From Naegleria gruberi (lineage: Eukaryota), in assembly GCA_000004985.1 (NCBI GenBank), contig GG739341.1: 1,709 bases of DNA; one strand, 5' to 3'. A model generated the notes under the pieces. That model saw nothing but the letters and a program-made list of their open reading frames with translations. It had not been told where the DNA came from and made no database searches. Each line of letters begins with the position of its first letter. Position 1 is the stretch's first letter. The position numbers were made by a program, and so were the translations under genes. Positions 1 through 1,709 of this stretch are shown here, in pieces.

Positions 1-1
1 T

Positions 2-688
2 TGGCAACTCAATGTAGCTAGTAGTTTTTCAAGAGTTAAGAAAGGTCTTACTAAAGCCTATATTGTGGATCGTTCTAAACTCAAACGTAATGGTTTCTCC
101 TCTTATGATATTAAATCATATATTGATTCGATTTCATCACATGATGAATATACCTATAATTTAACCACTGCTGTACTGGTTATTGGTTTCAGACTTCTAG
201 CAAGACCTGGTGATCTTTGCGATCTCTCTTGGTCTTCTGTGAAACCAAATGATCCAAAGAAAAATTGGTTTACATTTGATCTATCAGGCCACAAAACTGA
301 TTTTTTCATGATTGACGATCCAACCCCAATCGAACCTTACTGTGGTGAAAAGAAATACTGTCCATCCTTTATACTTAATAGATATATGAAGATGGTCTCT
401 CACTTCAAGTCTCCTGACTCACCATTATTCTCATGGGCAGACGATTTGTACCTAGATACAATTGACCTTTCTAATATTATTAAGACTGCTATGTCTTCTA
501 TTGGTGTCTTTCATACTTCTGGCCACAGTGCAAGAATTGGTGCAGCTACTAAACTCACTTCTAAAGGAATTTCAGAAGTTATTATTAAAACAGCAGGTTA
601 TTGGATGCCAGGTTCCAGATCTAGAAAGCATTATCAAAGTAGAATAGGTCTTGCTTATCAAGGTTTAACTACTACTATGCTTAAATAA
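2..688 (+). CDS. Tyrosine (site-specific) recombinase, C-terminal catalytic domain; 5'-partial (continues upstream of window); Crypton/DIRS-like flavour
   Basis: Frame 2 has no stop from pos 2 to TAA at 686-688. The listed start at 65 is a GTG with open frame upstream (..WQLNVASSFSRVKKGLTKAYIVDRSK..), so the gene begins outside the window. Box I Arg: LVIGFRLLARPGDLCDLSWSSV. Beta-hairpin Lys: DLSGHKTDF. Box II HxxR: HTSGHSARIGAATKL. Trp in the His-III position (as in Cre): TAGYW. Tyr nucleophile about 10 residues after the Trp: SRSRKHYQ. Only ~40 aa precede the catalytic domain, so the N-terminal core-binding domain must lie upstream. Confidence 0.8.
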   Translation, partial: WQLNVASSFSRVKKGLTKAYIVDRSKLKRNGFSSYDIKSYIDSISSHDEYTYNLTTAVLVIGFRLLARPGDLCDLSWSSVKPNDPKKNWFTFDLSGHKTDFFMIDDPTPIEPYCGEKKYCPSFILNRYMKMVSHFKSPDSPLFSWADDLYLDTIDLSNIIKTAMSSIGVFHTSGHSARIGAATKLTSKGISEVIIKTAGYWMPGSRSRKHYQSRIGLAYQGLTTTMLK

Positions 689-785
689 TCTCGGGACCTT
701 ACCCATTAGTATAATTACTTGTTCTCAATCTTGTTTTTATTAATTTGCAATGTAACATGTCTAATTCTGAGCGAAAAAAGTAGCT

Positions 786-1046
786 ATGAAACAAGCCAAT
801 CCGTTTTTCTTTTTGTGGGAATCGATATCACATTTCTTAAGATTATCAGAAAATTTGACAAAAGGAGCCAAATACATAAGTGCAACATCACTTTGTGTAT
901 ATTACAATGAAATTGGTGATGAAGGAGCCAAACATATAAGTGAAATGAAACAGTTGATATCACTCGATATTGGTAACAATTTAATTAGTGATGAAGGAGT
1001 TAAATATATCAGTGAAATGAAACAATTGATATCACTAAGAAAATAA
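786..1046 (+). CDS. Leucine-rich repeat protein fragment (~2.5 x 24-aa repeats, GDEGAK/ISEMKQL type); probably truncated remnant/pseudogene or isolated exon
   Basis: Translation ..YYNEIGDEGAKHISEMKQLISLDIGNNLISDEGVKYISEMKQLISLRK* fits the LxxLxLxxNxIxxxGxxxIxxxxx LRR consensus with a 24-aa period. The upstream part (LSENLTKGAKYISATSLCVYY) is a degraded copy carrying a 4-aa in-frame deletion. An in-frame TGA at 768-770 sits 5 codons before the ATG, so the ORF cannot extend further. At 86 aa it is too short for a functional LRR solenoid. Confidence 0.5.
   Translation: MKQANPFFFLWESISHFLRLSENLTKGAKYISATSLCVYYNEIGDEGAKHISEMKQLISLDIGNNLISDEGVKYISEMKQLISLRK
849..1037 (+). repeat. Tandem 72-bp (24-codon) direct repeats, 3 copies with 5'-most copy degraded (coding LRR units)
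   Basis: Unit 918-989 (gatgaaggagccaaacatataagtgaaatgaaacagttgatatcactcgatattggtaacaatttaattagt) is followed by a near-identical copy at 990-1037 (gatgaaggagttaaatatatcagtgaaatgaaacaattgatatcacta). A degenerate copy at ~849-917 (aaaggagccaaatacataagtg..) has a 12-nt deletion. Confidence 0.75.
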
Positions 1047-1176
1047 GTTGTCCCATATCTTAAAATATTCTAAATTGAAATGCAACCATAAGAGTTGATA
1101 TTTCAGAAATTAAGGGCCACTAATTCACACAATTTTCACTTTGACTCTGTAATTTGTTATTTTTCTTTACAACATG

Positions 1177-1220
1177 TTTCGACCTTGAACTCGAAAGAAG
1201 TTTAATTTATTTTTAACTCT
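1177..1220 (+). terminator. Weak hairpin (6-bp stem tttcga/tcgaaa, 8-nt loop) followed by T-rich tract; possible 3' end signal for the LRR fragment transcript
   Basis: tttcga(1177-1182)-ccttgaac-tcgaaa(1191-1196) form a perfect inverted repeat, followed by agaag tttaatttattttt (1201-1216). The stem is short and AT-rich, so predicted stability is low. Confidence 0.2.
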
Positions 1221-1273
1221 AAAAAAAAAAAACACAACAAACAACACGACAGTAGCCACACCAACAAACAACA
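1221..1273 (+). repeat. Poly(A)12 tract followed by CA/CAA-rich low-complexity leader immediately 5' of the ATG at 1274
   Basis: a12 at 1221-1232, then acacaacaaacaacacgacagtagccacaccaacaaacaaca running to the ATG. A poly(dA:dT) tract followed by a purine/CA-rich leader is typical upstream of highly expressed eukaryotic (e.g. yeast ribosomal-protein) genes. It would also fit an SD-less A-rich leader as in Bacteroidetes. There is no Shine-Dalgarno motif. Confidence 0.6.
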
Positions 1274-1709
1274 ATGGCAATAATGTATGGAGGATTGGCA
1301 AGAAGTGGTAAAGTCAAATATCAAACACCACGTGTAGAAAAGACCAGCGATTCATCCTATCACGGAGGTTGCGCCAAATACAAAATCAAATCATCAAATA
1401 ATTTATCATATTCGGGAGGTGCTCATCGGTTGGAGAAGAATTTTACTGAAGAGTTGAAAGTCTATGATCAATACAAGGAAAATCATCAACGATGTGATTG
1501 GGTGGAGGAGAGAGCGAATATAAAGAGATCAGAACCTGTTCTTTTGAATTCCTTTCACAAGTTTAATACTGAGAAGGGTTTTAACAAGATGGAATGGAAT
1601 TCAATGAAAAAGGAGGAGAATATCTTGAAGAATAGATACAATTATAATCCAAATGCAAAGAATCATAAAAAGTGGCATAGAAATCATCCTAAAGATGGTT
1701 TATCAAAAG
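1274..1709 (+). CDS. Hypothetical K/N/E-rich protein, 3'-partial (runs off window end); N-terminal 24 aa resemble ribosomal protein eS30
   Basis: ATG at 1274-1276 follows an in-frame TAG at 1253-1255, and the frame is open for 145 codons to the window end. An open frame this long is unlikely by chance in AT-rich DNA. It is missing from the supplied ORF track apparently because it has no stop inside the window. The first 24 residues, MAIMYGGLARSGKVKYQTPRVEKT, match the eS30 N-terminus as I recall it from yeast ([24 protein letters not shown]) at ~17/24 positions. The remainder (SDSSYHGGCAKYKIKSSNN...KKEENILKNRYNYNPNAKNHKKWHRNHPKDG) is unrelated and much longer than eS30 (~60 aa). Confidence 0.55.
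   Translation, partial: MAIMYGGLARSGKVKYQTPRVEKTSDSSYHGGCAKYKIKSSNNLSYSGGAHRLEKNFTEELKVYDQYKENHQRCDWVEERANIKRSEPVLLNSFHKFNTEKGFNKMEWNSMKKEENILKNRYNYNPNAKNHKKWHRNHPKDGLSK

Noticed and set aside
462-647. 61-aa ORF (MTFLILLRLLCLLLV...) in frame 3 inside the recombinase gene
   Set aside because: Entirely nested in the well-supported recombinase reading frame. Its low-complexity Leu-rich translation is what off-frame reading of AT-rich coding DNA usually gives. There is no independent evidence for it.
691-706. gggaccttaccc: 3-bp GC stem with 6-nt loop just after the recombinase stop
   Set aside because: The stem is too short and has no following T-tract. It does not qualify as a terminator or a recombination site.
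710-715. tataat hexamer (sigma70 -10-like) downstream of the recombinase stop
   Set aside because: There is no plausible -35 element at the right spacing. Such hexamers are frequent by chance in AT-rich DNA. Its relevance also depends on the unresolved bacterial-versus-eukaryotic origin.
744-763. Short palindromes (ttgcaa, acatgt, attaat) and an aacatgt motif recurring at 754-760 and 1171-1177, considered as possible recombinase core sites or terminal repeats
   Set aside because: The matches are only 6-9 nt, lie within AT-rich DNA and show no extended inverted or direct repeat structure. They are indistinguishable from chance here.
719-910. 63-aa ORF with hydrophobic N-terminus (MFSILFLLICNVTCLILS...) overlapping the LRR ORF
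   Set aside because: It overlaps the frame that encodes clear LRR consensus repeats. Its hydrophobic start comes from the T-rich intergenic sequence at 719-770. There is no recognisable domain and nothing to distinguish it from a chance ORF.
1428-1457. Alternative-frame peptide GWRRILLKS* faintly resembling the eS30 segment G-RAYKRLLYT, suggesting a frameshifted eS30 pseudogene
   Set aside because: Only ~4-5 of 9 positions match and it ends in a stop after 10 codons. That is too weak to separate from chance without an alignment tool. The long open frame in the original phase argues against simple frameshift decay.

Overview
This is an AT-rich window, roughly one-third G+C by eye, carrying three coding segments on the + strand. 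No ORF of 60 aa or more lies on the - strand.

1. Positions <2..688: the 3' part of a tyrosine recombinase gene. It reads open to the left window edge; the GTG 'start' at 65 in the ORF track is not a real start. All catalytic signature residues are present (R, K, HxxR, W, Y). The Box II region resembles the eukaryotic Crypton/DIRS/Ngaro recombinases more than phage integrases.

2. Positions 786..1046: a short ORF made of about 2.5 tandem 24-aa (72-bp) leucine-rich repeats of the GDEGAK...ISEMKQL type. The 5'-most copy is degraded. At 86 aa this is too short to form an LRR solenoid, so it is probably a truncated relic or a lone exon.

3. Positions 1274..>1709: a 3'-partial ORF whose first 24 codons strongly resemble the N-terminus of ribosomal protein eS30 (MA...G.LAR.GKVK.QTP.VEKT). 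The remaining 120-plus codons are unrelated and rich in K, N and E, which suggests a chimeric or remodelled gene.

4. Immediately upstream of that ORF are a 12-A tract and a CA/CAA-rich leader. A weak hairpin followed by a T tract lies just before them.

Taken together, this looks like a recombinase-bearing mobile element sitting beside gene fragments (LRR relic, eS30-like piece). The eS30 similarity, the Crypton/DIRS-like motifs and the leader point to an AT-rich eukaryote, but a low-GC host-associated bacterium encoding eukaryote-like repeat proteins cannot be excluded from sequence alone.
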